Made by a program: the position numbers and the translations under genes | DNA from: Candidatus Babeliales bacterium | GTDB lineage: Bacteria > Babelota > Babeliae > Babelales > JABDEC01 | Direction of reading: 5' to 3' | Length of the DNA: 64,000 bases | Assembly: GCA_031292305.1 (NCBI GenBank) | Contig: JARLHJ010000047.1 | Location: 31,334-95,333, forward strand | Part shown: one piece after another, positions 17,141 to 26,297 of the stretch | How the letters are laid out: each line of letters opens with the position of its first letter | Position numbering within the stretch: position 1 is the stretch's first letter | The notes under the pieces: generated by a model | What the model was told of the DNA's origin: nothing | Seen by the model: only the letters and a program-made list of their open reading frames with translations | The model's database searches: none

Positions 17141-17743
17141 ATGGTTGATCAATTACCGAGCTTAAAGCATCTTTTAAGAAATCTACAGCAAGTTCCTTAT
17201 CTTGCTTCAAAGAATCTTTATAGAGTTGCTAATCATTTTTTAAGTTTAGAAGATCAAAAATTAGAACAATTTTGTGCAGCAATTTTGGCAGCTAAAAAAA
17301 ATATTATTAGATGCCAACAATGTTTTATTTGGCAAGAGCGTGAAGGTAAATGTTTATATTGCGCATCTTTAAAGCGTGATCAATCTATAATTTGTGTGGT
17401 TGATAGTTGGCAAGAATTAATGGCTATTGAAAAGTCTGGTGGGTACCAAGGTGTTTACCATGTTTTGGGTGGTGTTATTTGCCCACTTGAAGGCATAGGT
17501 CCTGAAAATTTAACCATTGAGCAACTTGTTCATAGGGTGCAAACTACAGGAACTAAAGAAATTATTTTGGCTATGAACCAGACACCAGAAGGTGAAGCTA
17601 CTTCTTCTTATATTGCACATAAATTAAAAAATACTACTGTTTCTATTTCTTGTTTAGCACGTGGAGTTCCTGTTGGTTCTTCATTAGAATTTATGGACCG
17701 CGTTACTTTGTATCAAGCTATGTCTGACCGGCGCCCATTTTAA
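17141..17743 (+). CDS. recR: Recombination protein RecR
   Basis: 200 aa. Cys4 zinc finger CQQC..CLYC and a Toprim region (VVDSWQELMAIEKSGGYQGVYHVLGG). Confidence 0.95.
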   Translation: MVDQLPSLKHLLRNLQQVPYLASKNLYRVANHFLSLEDQKLEQFCAAILAAKKNIIRCQQCFIWQEREGKCLYCASLKRDQSIICVVDSWQELMAIEKSGGYQGVYHVLGGVICPLEGIGPENLTIEQLVHRVQTTGTKEIILAMNQTPEGEATSSYIAHKLKNTTVSISCLARGVPVGSSLEFMDRVTLYQAMSDRRPF

Positions 17744-17808
17744 TTCCCTTATCGGTTCGCAATGAACGAAGCGTAGTTGAAGGGTGACCAAATTATTTAG
17801 GAGTTTAA

Positions 17809-19110
17809 ATGCATAAAAAGCAACATTTCAAAATTCAAGAATTCATTCAAAGAAAACAAAATTTATTACATAAATTAGGCGACAAAAAAGGAATAATTTT
17901 ATTGTTCGCAGGTTTTGAACAGTCAGGTTTAAAATTTAAACAAGAGAGTTCATTCTATTATTTTACAGGTATTAATGAACCAGCATGTGTCTGGATGTCA
18001 GACTTTACAGGTAATACAACATTGTTTACTCCAAACTGTCCAGCACGAGCACATTGGATTTCAGGAGCAATAGACCCTGAAAATTTTAAGGCACAAGATT
18101 TTGCATTTGATGAAGTTAAGCATTTAGGCGAGCCAACTAAGAATTATGAGTTTTATCCTTTTTTTACTGCCCAAGAATATTCAAATTTGCTTGCAGTAAT
18201 TGATAATACAATAAAATCTGGTGGTAAGATTTTTACTTTAAAGCCTAATAATCAATATGAATATTTTGAACAAAGATTTATCTTAGAACGTATTGCTACA
18301 TTTATTCCAAATTTCTATGAAGCATTAGTTGATATTTCTAATGAAGTTGCGCAATTACGTCGCACAAAAAGTACAGCAGAAATTGAATTATTATACAGAG
18401 CTGTTGATATTACCATAATGGGACATGAAGCTGCAATTGGCATTATAGAACCAGGTAAATACGAATTTGATGTTCAAGCTGGTATTGAATATGTTTTTAC
18501 AGCTTCAGCTGCAGGTTTAGCGTTCCCTTCTATTGTAGGTAGTGGAAAAAACTCTACTGTTTTGCATTATGCTGATAATTTAAAGCAGTTAGAAAAAGAT
18601 GACCTTGTAGTTGTTGACATAGGTGCGCAATATGGCCACTATTGTGGTGATTTAACAAGAACTTATCCAGTTTCGGGTAAATTTACAAAACGTCAAAAAG
18701 AGATTTATAATTTAGTATTAGATACTCAAGAATATATAGAAAATATTGCAAAGCCTGGCATGTGGCTTTCTAATAAAGATAATCCTGAACAATCACTTAA
18801 TCATTTATCAAAAGAATTTTTAAAAGAACGTGGATATGATAAATATTTTCTACACGGCCTTGGCCACTTTGTAGGCCTTGATGTACATGATGTTGGCAAT
18901 TATTCTGAGCCATTAAAATCTGGTGATATTATTACAATCGAACCAGGCATTTATATTGCTGCAGAAAGCATAGGCGTGCGTATTGAAGATAATTATTTAG
19001 TCGCTGGTGATGGACTTGTTTGCTTAAGTGAGCATTTGCTTAAAAAAGCAGATGATGTTGAAGAGTTGATGCAAGAAAAGAAACTTGTTTCAGAAGAACC
19101 ACGTGATTAG
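17809..19110 (+). CDS. pepP: Xaa-Pro aminopeptidase (M24B family)
   Basis: 433 aa. Metal-ligand motifs VVVDIGAQYGHYCGDLTRT, HGLGHFVGLDVHD, EPGIY, VRIEDN. Confidence 0.85.
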   Translation: MHKKQHFKIQEFIQRKQNLLHKLGDKKGIILLFAGFEQSGLKFKQESSFYYFTGINEPACVWMSDFTGNTTLFTPNCPARAHWISGAIDPENFKAQDFAFDEVKHLGEPTKNYEFYPFFTAQEYSNLLAVIDNTIKSGGKIFTLKPNNQYEYFEQRFILERIATFIPNFYEALVDISNEVAQLRRTKSTAEIELLYRAVDITIMGHEAAIGIIEPGKYEFDVQAGIEYVFTASAAGLAFPSIVGSGKNSTVLHYADNLKQLEKDDLVVVDIGAQYGHYCGDLTRTYPVSGKFTKRQKEIYNLVLDTQEYIENIAKPGMWLSNKDNPEQSLNHLSKEFLKERGYDKYFLHGLGHFVGLDVHDVGNYSEPLKSGDIITIEPGIYIAAESIGVRIEDNYLVAGDGLVCLSEHLLKKADDVEELMQEKKLVSEEPRD

Positions 19111-19210
19111 ATTTTAAATTATATGTTGTGGATGCCATTTGATTAAGCCAAAAATGAATATATAATTAACTAGGAAAGTTATTGTATGTTTAATTTCCTA
19201 AAGGAATTCT

Positions 19211-19555
19211 ATGTTAAAAAAATTATTATTAATTTCTTTATTTGTTTCTTCGTCATTGTTTAGTGCCGATTGGCAAGAAAAAGGTAAAGAATTGCTATCA
19301 AATGATAAAGTACAATCGGTAGTTTTTGGTGCTTTAACTGAAGTTACAGCTAAACATGCAATACGTTATTTTGCTGATAAAGGTGAGTATGCAAGAGCTG
19401 CAGCTTTAACTTCGATGATTTTTTTAGCAAACGGAATAAATGTTTTCCGAAATGGAAATGGTAGAATGGCTAGACTTTTAGCAACAATGTTTGGGGCCTT
19501 AAGCGTTGCATTTGTAAAAAATGATGCTTCATGGCTGAAAGCTGAAATAAGATAA
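19211..19555 (+). CDS. Small exported hypothetical protein
   Basis: 114 aa with signal-like MLKKLLLISLFVSSSLFSA. No recognisable motif. A terminator follows. Confidence 0.4.
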   Translation: MLKKLLLISLFVSSSLFSADWQEKGKELLSNDKVQSVVFGALTEVTAKHAIRYFADKGEYARAAALTSMIFLANGINVFRNGNGRMARLLATMFGALSVAFVKNDASWLKAEIR

Positions 19556-19577
19556 TATTTTTTATAATTTTTATTTG

Positions 19578-19613
19578 GCCGCATTGAGATTATGTCTTAA
19601 TGCGGCTTTTTCT
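19578..19613 (+). terminator. Rho-independent terminator
   Basis: GCCGCATT..AATGCGGC stem (19578-19606) followed by TTTTTCTTTT. Confidence 0.65.
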
Positions 19614-19761
19614 TTTATATAAAAGATAATTAATTAAATTTTGTATTAACCTATCTGAGAGCCATTTGTTTCTGATAGAAGAATGTAATATATGTAAAAT
19701 TATTGATCTTTGTGTCAAAAATACGCTATTATTAAACTATTAGTAATAAATACGGGAAGTT

Positions 19762-21216
19762 ATGAAAAATTATCTGAAAATCTTATTTTTTTTAAGTTGC
19801 TATGCGTTGCAAGCTTTGCAGCCCGCAAGTTCATCTTCGTCAGCTCCATCTAAATGCATATCAAATATTAATCCAATAATGAATTTTAAAGAATTTAAAA
19901 GCGCCGTAACGTCCGTTCAGATTTCACCTAACAATAAATTCTTGGCAGCTTCTGGAGTTGATGGGAAAGTAATAATATGGAATTTAGATTCAGGCAAGGT
20001 ATTTAATACATTAGAAGATGATCCAGAAAACTCTTATGCTCGTGGTGTTTCTTGGTCCCCTGATAGTAGTAAGCTGGCAGCAATATATCGTAATAAAAAA
20101 ATAATAATTTGGAATGTTGATCCTGAAAGTGGACGTGATTTGATTTTAGGCAGTGATATTGGATTATCAGATATTCCAATAGATGTTGCATGGTCACCTG
20201 TTGATGAATCTTTGATAGCAATTGCCATAGGTAATAATGTAGTAATCTATGATTGGGATCCCGAAACCTTAGATATTAATCCTTTAATAATTTTAAGAGG
20301 TCATACTGCAAAAATTAATTCAATTTCTTGGTCACCTAAAGGAAGTAGATTAGTTTCAGGTAGTTCTGATAAAACAGTAAGAATTTGGAATGTAAAAAAT
20401 AAAAGTGAATTAAAGAATATTTCTGAAACTGATTCTGTTAATAAAGTGTCATATTCCCCAGACGCACAATATATAATTTATTCTATGGTAGATAAAACGC
20501 TTACTATATTAAATGATTCTTATGAAAGAGTTGAAAAACTAAACATATTTAATAATGCTTTGGCATTAGAGTGGGCACCAAATTCCAATCTTTTTGTTTA
20601 TGGAAATACAATAGGTGAAATAAAAATTTGTAATTTAGAAGGTAATTTAGTAAAAAAAATAAAGCAAGATACTCCAATTACTGGATTATGTTGGTCTAAA
20701 GATTGTGATTTTTTAGCTTCAAGTTCAGCTGATGGAAGTGTTGTAGTAGAACCAGTAGAAATTTCAATATATGATTTATTGGCGGCTGGTATTCACTTTG
20801 ATTTTATAAACAATGAATTGTATTTAAATAATTTAGAATTGACAAGCTTAAAGGGTTTAGAAAAAATACCAAATATAAATATGATTGATACGTTAAATAT
20901 TAGTTTTAATAATTTAAAAAATCTGGATAATTTGCGAAATTTAAGAAATTTAAAAATTGTAAATTTATCTAATAATAAAATAAAGCATATTAAACTAGAA
21001 GATTTTGAAGGATTAGAAGCTTTAGAAGCAATAATATTGAATGATAATAAAATTCCAAATATAGATTTTGATTTGCAACTATTAAGAAACAATCATAGAA
21101 TGCTTAAAGATTTAATTATTTTAAATAATCCATTAGATTCTTTAACTAAGCTAATGTTAAAGCAGTTTTCTGAATCACCAAAAGCAAAAGAATCTGAAAT
21201 GTCAGTTTATTATTAA
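19762..21216 (+). CDS. Exported WD40-repeat + leucine-rich-repeat protein (family member 1)
   Basis: Signal-like N-terminus. WD40-type units (SVQISPNNKFLAASGVDGKVIIWNL, GVSWSPDSSKLAA, SISWSPKGSRLVSGSSDKTVRIWNV, LCWSKDCDFLASSSADGSV). C-terminal LRRs follow (LYLNNLELTSLKGLEKIPN..LNISFNNLKNLDNLRNLRNLKIVNLSNNKIKHI). Confidence 0.75.
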   Translation: MKNYLKILFFLSCYALQALQPASSSSSAPSKCISNINPIMNFKEFKSAVTSVQISPNNKFLAASGVDGKVIIWNLDSGKVFNTLEDDPENSYARGVSWSPDSSKLAAIYRNKKIIIWNVDPESGRDLILGSDIGLSDIPIDVAWSPVDESLIAIAIGNNVVIYDWDPETLDINPLIILRGHTAKINSISWSPKGSRLVSGSSDKTVRIWNVKNKSELKNISETDSVNKVSYSPDAQYIIYSMVDKTLTILNDSYERVEKLNIFNNALALEWAPNSNLFVYGNTIGEIKICNLEGNLVKKIKQDTPITGLCWSKDCDFLASSSADGSVVVEPVEISIYDLLAAGIHFDFINNELYLNNLELTSLKGLEKIPNINMIDTLNISFNNLKNLDNLRNLRNLKIVNLSNNKIKHIKLEDFEGLEALEAIILNDNKIPNIDFDLQLLRNNHRMLKDLIILNNPLDSLTKLMLKQFSESPKAKESEMSVYY

Positions 21217-21220
21217 AGAA

Positions 21221-22801
21221 TTATTTTTTTAGAATCTTATTAAATATAAGCATAATTGCAAACGATACTGCTATTCCTGATAAAATTGAAGTTAAAGCAG
21301 CTATATAAAAACTCTTCTCAATTAAAAAACCACAAATTAAATATGCGATTATTGCTCCAATGATTGAAGGTATTAGATAAAGTGTACGTGCTTTAATATA
21401 GTCGGTTATATGTGCACCTGCACTTGCGCTAGCCATAATAGTTGAATCAGATATTGGGGATAAGTGATTGCCTGCAGTAGCGCCTGAAAATATTGCACCT
21501 AAGCATGCATATAAAATTGGTATGTTGATAATTGCAGTTGGAAGAGTTGTGATGTTTTTGAATGATAAAATCATAGGTATTGTAATTGGTGCCATAATTG
21601 CCATTGTTCCCCAGGTTGAACCTATTGATAAAGCAATTGCAACCGATGTTAAAAATATCATGCAAGGTATTAAAGTAATGTTTAAATTTCCTAAAACTAA
21701 ATTTGCAAGATAATCTCCTGTATGCAAATCATTTCTTAAAAACGCACCAAATAACCATGCAAGCAATATTGTTATGACTGAAGGCAGCATCATGACTGTT
21801 CCTTCTTTTGTGAGTGTTAAAATGTCTGATGCTGAAAGTTTTTTTCTAATTAGCCCTGATATTAAACTTAGAATTAAAGAAAAAATAGATGAAATTAAAA
21901 GAACAAGTGATGAATCTGCATTTTTTAATGATGCAATAAATGAATGTTGACCACCAAAAAGATAAAAACCACCAGAAAATGGTAAGCCTATTAGTAAAGC
22001 AATAATAAAAGAAAATATTGGTGTAACAAAATCTATTAGTGACGGTGAGCTTGCTTTTTCATTTTCTACTGTTTTCTCTAAAGGTTTATCTTCACCTAAG
22101 TTTTCGGTATTTAAAGCATTTAGTTCAAATGTATGCATTGGTCCATAAGAAATACCTTTTTTTACTATAAAAAAATTAGAAGCAATTATAATAAAAGAGT
22201 AAAAGATAAATGGAATTGTTGAAAGATAAGCAAAAAATGGGTCTTCTAAAACTAAAGGTTGCCCAGTAAAAGATATTCCAGAAGTTTCTAATTGACCTAC
22301 TAAAACTCCTAACCAACTAGAAATTGGTGCGATAATTATTATAGCTCCTGCCATTGTGCCTATTAAATATGCAAGTTTAACACGAGGAATAGAAAATTTA
22401 TCTGTAAGATTTCGCATTACTGGACCAACTGTTAAAGTATTTAAATAGTCATCAATAAAAAGTGCAATTGATAAAAGTAGGCACGAAGTTTGCGCTGCTT
22501 TAGCTGTTTTAGATTTTTTAATAATTATATTACCTAAAGCTTGTGCGCCACCTGTTTTGGTTATAAAAGCTATAATTGTGCCCAAAACCAAAAGAAGTAA
22601 AATAAAGAATATGGTGCTTAGGTCAGTAATTTGATTATAAACATTAGTATATATGATTGTTCCAGATTTTATTAAATTAAATTTTGTTGCTATAAAAGCT
22701 GAAAATATAATGCCTGCAAATAATGAACGTACTATGTTTTTAGTTGCTAGAGATAAGATCAAGACTAAAACTGGGGGCAATAATACTAAAAAGCTATTCA
22801 T
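21221..22801 (-). CDS. NhaC-family Na+/H+ antiporter-like membrane transporter
   Basis: Polytopic membrane protein. The block ALFIDDYLNTLTVGPVMRNLTDKFSIPRVKLAYLIGTMAGAIIIIAPISSW is characteristic of the COG1757/NhaC family. The ATG at 22801 (AAGGA 5 nt upstream) is preferred over 22849. Confidence 0.7.
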   Translation of the reverse strand: MNSFLVLLPPVLVLILSLATKNIVRSLFAGIIFSAFIATKFNLIKSGTIIYTNVYNQITDLSTIFFILLLLVLGTIIAFITKTGGAQALGNIIIKKSKTAKAAQTSCLLLSIALFIDDYLNTLTVGPVMRNLTDKFSIPRVKLAYLIGTMAGAIIIIAPISSWLGVLVGQLETSGISFTGQPLVLEDPFFAYLSTIPFIFYSFIIIASNFFIVKKGISYGPMHTFELNALNTENLGEDKPLEKTVENEKASSPSLIDFVTPIFSFIIALLIGLPFSGGFYLFGGQHSFIASLKNADSSLVLLISSIFSLILSLISGLIRKKLSASDILTLTKEGTVMMLPSVITILLAWLFGAFLRNDLHTGDYLANLVLGNLNITLIPCMIFLTSVAIALSIGSTWGTMAIMAPITIPMILSFKNITTLPTAIINIPILYACLGAIFSGATAGNHLSPISDSTIMASASAGAHITDYIKARTLYLIPSIIGAIIAYLICGFLIEKSFYIAALTSILSGIAVSFAIMLIFNKILKK

Positions 22802-22959
22802 ATTTGTCCTTAAAATCTGTAAAAAACTATATTTTATCAATTTTAACATGATTTATTTGTTTGACCACTGCAAGAATTTCCTTTAAATTAATATGTAATC
22901 CCGTTCGTTATTGATATTTAAGTTGAAAATTTGTTCAAAATTTAAGAGGTACCTTTAAG

Positions 22960-23526
22960 ATGGCTCCAGTTGATAAAGAAAAAAAAGTTAAAAAAGTAGC
23001 TAAAAAAGCTGCTCCAAAAGCAGAAGTTAAGAAAGCTGCTAAACCTGCAAAAGCTGTAAAGCCTGCTGAAACTGTAAAAAAAGATTATGAAATTCAATCT
23101 GGTATAGATATGAATAAAACATTCTTTATGCGTAAAGAAGACGCAATTCCAAAATGGCGTGTAATAGACGCTGAAGGTCAAATTTTAGGTAGATTAGCAA
23201 CTGACTTAGCTACAATTTTACGTGGCAAAGATAAAGCTGTTTATACACCACATACAATGACAGGCGATTATATAATTATTATTAACGCTGAAAAAGTTGT
23301 TTTAACAGGTAAGAAAATGGATCAAAAAGAATATATCCGTTATTCTGGCTGGATCGGTGGTAAAAAAACTGAAGTAGCTAAAGACATTATGGCTAAGCAC
23401 CCTGAACGCATTATTGAAATGGCTGTTAAGCGTATGTTGCCAAGAAATAAGTTGAGCGATGCTGTTATGCGTAGATTATTGATTTATGCTGGATCTGAAC
23501 ATCCTCATCAAGCACAAGTCGGATAA
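22960..23526 (+). CDS. rplM: 50S ribosomal protein L13 with a ~50-aa Lys/Ala/Pro-rich N-terminal extension
   Basis: The canonical L13 core starts at M51 (MNKTFFMRKEDAIPKWRVIDAEGQILGRLA..). The ORF extends upstream to ATG 22960 with AAGAGG 10 nt upstream, encoding MAPVDKEKKVKKVAKKAAPKAEVKKAAKPAKAVKPAETVKK. No rpsI follows. Confidence 0.9.
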   Translation: MAPVDKEKKVKKVAKKAAPKAEVKKAAKPAKAVKPAETVKKDYEIQSGIDMNKTFFMRKEDAIPKWRVIDAEGQILGRLATDLATILRGKDKAVYTPHTMTGDYIIIINAEKVVLTGKKMDQKEYIRYSGWIGGKKTEVAKDIMAKHPERIIEMAVKRMLPRNKLSDAVMRRLLIYAGSEHPHQAQVG

Positions 23527-23552
23527 TTTCCCTCTTTTAAGTAATAAATTAA

Positions 23553-23576
23553 ATAGCCACGAGAAATCGTGGCTAT
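23553..23576 (+). terminator. Hairpin terminator, copy 1 of an identical 24-nt element
   Basis: ATAGCCACG-AGAAAT-CGTGGCTAT (9-bp stem) followed by TTTG, located 27 nt after the rplM stop. Confidence 0.5.
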
Positions 23577-23638
23577 TTTGCTGTAAAGACCCTCCTAAAT
23601 CTCGTTGAATTAAATTTTAAGGCAATTCTGATAAAATA

Positions 23639-23668
23639 TTGCAATGTGAAATGTTTGTTTGTTATACT
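23639..23668 (+). promoter_or_regulatory. Candidate sigma70-type promoter for 23708..23908
   Basis: TTGCAA (23639-23644), 18-nt spacer, TATACT (23663-23668). AT-rich background makes chance matches likely. Confidence 0.25.
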
Positions 23669-23707
23669 TAGCTCTAGTAAAAGTTTTTTAGTAAAAAAGG
23701 AGAAAAA

Positions 23708-23908
23708 ATGAAAAAATTACTTTTTGGGCTTACTTTAATGTTTATTACATGCGCATATGCAGCTGAAAGAGATGAAAGACAAGTATCGCCATCTATATGG
23801 GAGCAGATAAAAGCTAAAGCTATGCCTTATGTTGATAAATATCGCCCGCAGATAGAAGAAAAGATTAAATCAAGGTTATTTCAAAATAACAATACTGATA
23901 ATCAATAA
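23708..23908 (+). CDS. Small exported hypothetical protein
   Basis: 66 aa. AAGGAG SD, signal-like MKKLLFGLTLMFITCAYA, charged mature part. Confidence 0.4.
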   Translation: MKKLLFGLTLMFITCAYAAERDERQVSPSIWEQIKAKAMPYVDKYRPQIEEKIKSRLFQNNNTDNQ

Positions 23909-23934
23909 TAAGTTTATATAGTTTTAATTAATAT

Positions 23935-23958
23935 ATAGCCACGAGAAATCGTGGCTAT
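23935..23958 (+). terminator. Hairpin terminator, copy 2 of the identical 24-nt element
   Basis: Exact repeat of ATAGCCACGAGAAATCGTGGCTAT, 27 nt after the stop at 23908, followed by TCGTTTTG. Confidence 0.5.
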
Positions 23959-24045
23959 TCGTTTTGACATAGTAATTTGATTAGATAATAATATTCTGTA
24001 AAATTAGTATTAATAAAATAAAAATTTTAACTTTATAGGGGTCAA

Positions 24046-24477
24046 ATGAAATTCAAAGCGTTGCTAATCTTATCTGTTCTAAGCTTCTCTAATTCATATT
24101 CGATAGATAATAATAAATCGTTGTTTGAAAAGACTAAGCAGTGGATAAAAGACAATAAGCAAGAATTAGTAAGCAGTTCAAGAGTGTTTTTAGTAGCGGC
24201 ATTGTCTTCCTATCTTGTATTTAGTTCTGAAAAATATAATTCATGTTCAGAGTGTATGCCTGATATGCCAGATTCTATTGACACAAAGCGTACATTGCTT
24301 TATTTGTTAAATTTTACTCATGCACTAGCTTCTTCTTCAGGTGAAAATTCTGCTGCGTTTAATTTTATCTTGTTTAACCTTACACAAATAGCTGTGGGAG
24401 CCAATTTTATTGCTGCAAAAGATGATGAGGCTGCAAGTTGTTATCATAATTTAAGTAGAATGTATTTAAAAGAGTAA
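24046..24477 (+). CDS. Exported hypothetical protein
   Basis: 143 aa with signal-like MKFKALLILSVLSFSNSYS. No recognisable domain. Confidence 0.4.
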   Translation: MKFKALLILSVLSFSNSYSIDNNKSLFEKTKQWIKDNKQELVSSSRVFLVAALSSYLVFSSEKYNSCSECMPDMPDSIDTKRTLLYLLNFTHALASSSGENSAAFNFILFNLTQIAVGANFIAAKDDEAASCYHNLSRMYLKE

Positions 24478-24482
24478 ATAAC

Positions 24483-24513
24483 AAAAAAGGCGCGAGTAAT
24501 TCGCGCCTTTTTT
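24483..24513. terminator. Bidirectional rho-independent terminator
   Basis: AAAAAAGGCGCGA-GTAAT-TCGCGCCTTTTTT between convergent genes (24477 + / 24532 -). Confidence 0.75.
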
Positions 24514-24531
24514 AGTGTCTAAGTTCGTGTA

Positions 24532-25623
24532 TTAGCCTCTGATAATTTTCTTCAAATCTTCAAAAGTTAAGTATAAAGCTAGAATTAATATTCCTACCCA
24601 GCAGATATAATGAATAACAATCTTAATTTGATCAGAAACAGGGCGTCTTAGGATAGCTTCAATAGTAGTGAATGCTATTTGTCCGCCGTCTAAGATAGGT
24701 AAAGGTATTAAGTTTAATACAGCTAAGTTAATGCTTATAAAGGCTAATAAAAGCAAGAAGATTTTAAAGCCTTGTTTTGCACCTTTAATAGTTTGAGAAA
24801 TAACAGCAATTGGGCCACCTAATCCACTTACAGATTTTTTAGTGAATATAGAAGAAAAGGCTGATACTGTTTGCATAAATACACTATTAGTTGCTTTAAA
24901 TGCCTTTTTTGCACTTGTCACAAATGGTTCTGGTGCAAATTCGACCATCGAAGTCGGAGTTTTGAAGCCAATTCCAACTTTGCCCGCAGCATCAAGAACT
25001 ACTGGAACATCAATAATTTGGCCATTACGTTCAACAACTAGTTTTACTTCTTTATTAGCTTCTGGATGTAATTCTTGATTAAATTGTAGAGCATTTGAAA
25101 TAACTCTGCCATCGATAGAAACTATCTTGTCATCTACTTGTAAGTGATATTTTTCAGCAGGTGAACCTGAGCTTATAACTTCAACAATAGGTAAGACTGA
25201 TTCAGGGAATAACATTGGGTTTTTTGGGATTCCTGTCATAAATAAAATAAAAAATACAAAATATGCAAAAATCATGTTAAATAAGATGCCGCCACATAAA
25301 ATAAGCAGTTTTTGCCAATATGGCTTAGATGAGAAAGCATATTCGTCAGTTCTTTTGGCTTCTTTTTGTTCGCCTTGTCCAACTTCTGACATTCCCGCTA
25401 TTTCAACATATCCACCTAAAGGGATAGCTGATAAGCTAAAAACTGTTTCTCCAATTTTTTTCTTAAAAATCTTAGGTCCCATGCCAATTGAGAATGATGG
25501 AGTGCTAACTTTAAATATTTTTGCAAATATAAAATGACCCAATTCATGAAAGCCAATAAGTACGCCTATTCCTATTATACCTAATGCTATAAATAAAAGA
25601 TTTTTGATGATATCCGGAAACAT
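24532..25623 (-). CDS. rseP: RIP metalloprotease RseP (M50 site-2 protease)
   Basis: 363 aa. HELGHFIFAK zinc motif in TM1, central PDZ-like region, C-terminal NLIPLPILDGG motif. Confidence 0.9.
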   Translation of the reverse strand: MFPDIIKNLLFIALGIIGIGVLIGFHELGHFIFAKIFKVSTPSFSIGMGPKIFKKKIGETVFSLSAIPLGGYVEIAGMSEVGQGEQKEAKRTDEYAFSSKPYWQKLLILCGGILFNMIFAYFVFFILFMTGIPKNPMLFPESVLPIVEVISSGSPAEKYHLQVDDKIVSIDGRVISNALQFNQELHPEANKEVKLVVERNGQIIDVPVVLDAAGKVGIGFKTPTSMVEFAPEPFVTSAKKAFKATNSVFMQTVSAFSSIFTKKSVSGLGGPIAVISQTIKGAKQGFKIFLLLLAFISINLAVLNLIPLPILDGGQIAFTTIEAILRRPVSDQIKIVIHYICWVGILILALYLTFEDLKKIIRG

Positions 25624-25736
25624 ACATGTACTCCCAATTTGATATTGTTATAATTTGCTTTAAACTATCATTATTTGCTATTCAAGTCTATTTAATGTAC
25701 TTATACCGATAACTTTATGTTATGTATAGCTCTTTC

Positions 25737-25764
25737 TTGAAAAAATCTAAAAAAGGGATAAAAT
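25737..25764 (+). promoter_or_regulatory. Candidate sigma70-type promoter upstream of the rpsL superoperon
   Basis: TTGAAA (25737-25742), 16-nt spacer, TAAAAT (25759-25764), in the 274-nt intergenic region before rpsL. Not distinguishable from chance in AT-rich DNA. Confidence 0.25.
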
Positions 25765-25897
25765 AGAAAATAAATCACTGTTTTGAATTCAGTAAGATTT
25801 TAATTCAAAAATTGTATTTTTCAACTTAATTTTGATTTCATGAGTTTTTGTAAAGAAAATATTAGTTTAATAAGGTTAATTTTTAGGAACAAAGTAT

Positions 25898-26275
25898 ATG
25901 CCTACTACTAATCAGTTAGTACGCTTAGGTCGCAAGGCTATTAAGCAAAAGTCAAAATGTCCAGCATTGATGTCAGCTCCTCAAGCTAGAGGTGTATGTG
26001 TTAGAGTATTTACCACAACACCAAAAAAACCTAACTCAGCACTTAGAAAAGTAGCTCGTGTTAAGTTGGCTAATGGACATGAAGTCACAGCTTATATCCC
26101 GGGTGAAGGCCATAATTTACAAGAACACTCTGTGGTTTTGATAAGGGGCGGAAAAGTTAAAGATTTACCAGGTGTTAAATATCACATAATACGTGGTGCC
26201 TTAGATACAGCTGGCGTAGAAAACAGAAAACAATCTCGATCAATGTACGGCGCTAAGCGTCCTAAGACAGACTAA
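25898..26275 (+). CDS. rpsL: 30S ribosomal protein S12
   Basis: [25 protein letters not shown]..; first gene of the str cluster. Confidence 0.97.
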   Translation: MPTTNQLVRLGRKAIKQKSKCPALMSAPQARGVCVRVFTTTPKKPNSALRKVARVKLANGHEVTAYIPGEGHNLQEHSVVLIRGGKVKDLPGVKYHIIRGALDTAGVENRKQSRSMYGAKRPKTD

Positions 26276-26297
26276 AGAAAGATTAAGGATATAAGTT

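Noticed and set aside
17746-17784. Hairpin between recR and pepP (CCCTT-ATCGGTTCG-CAATGAA-CGAAGCG-TAGTTG-AAGGG) that shares the 8-mer CCCTTATC and a following GGT(T)CGCA with the rplS-leader hairpin at 11415.
   Set aside because: The shared sequence is too short to exclude chance in 64 kb, there is no U-tract, and no third copy was seen. It may be a processing or stability element, but I cannot support a repeat family from this window.
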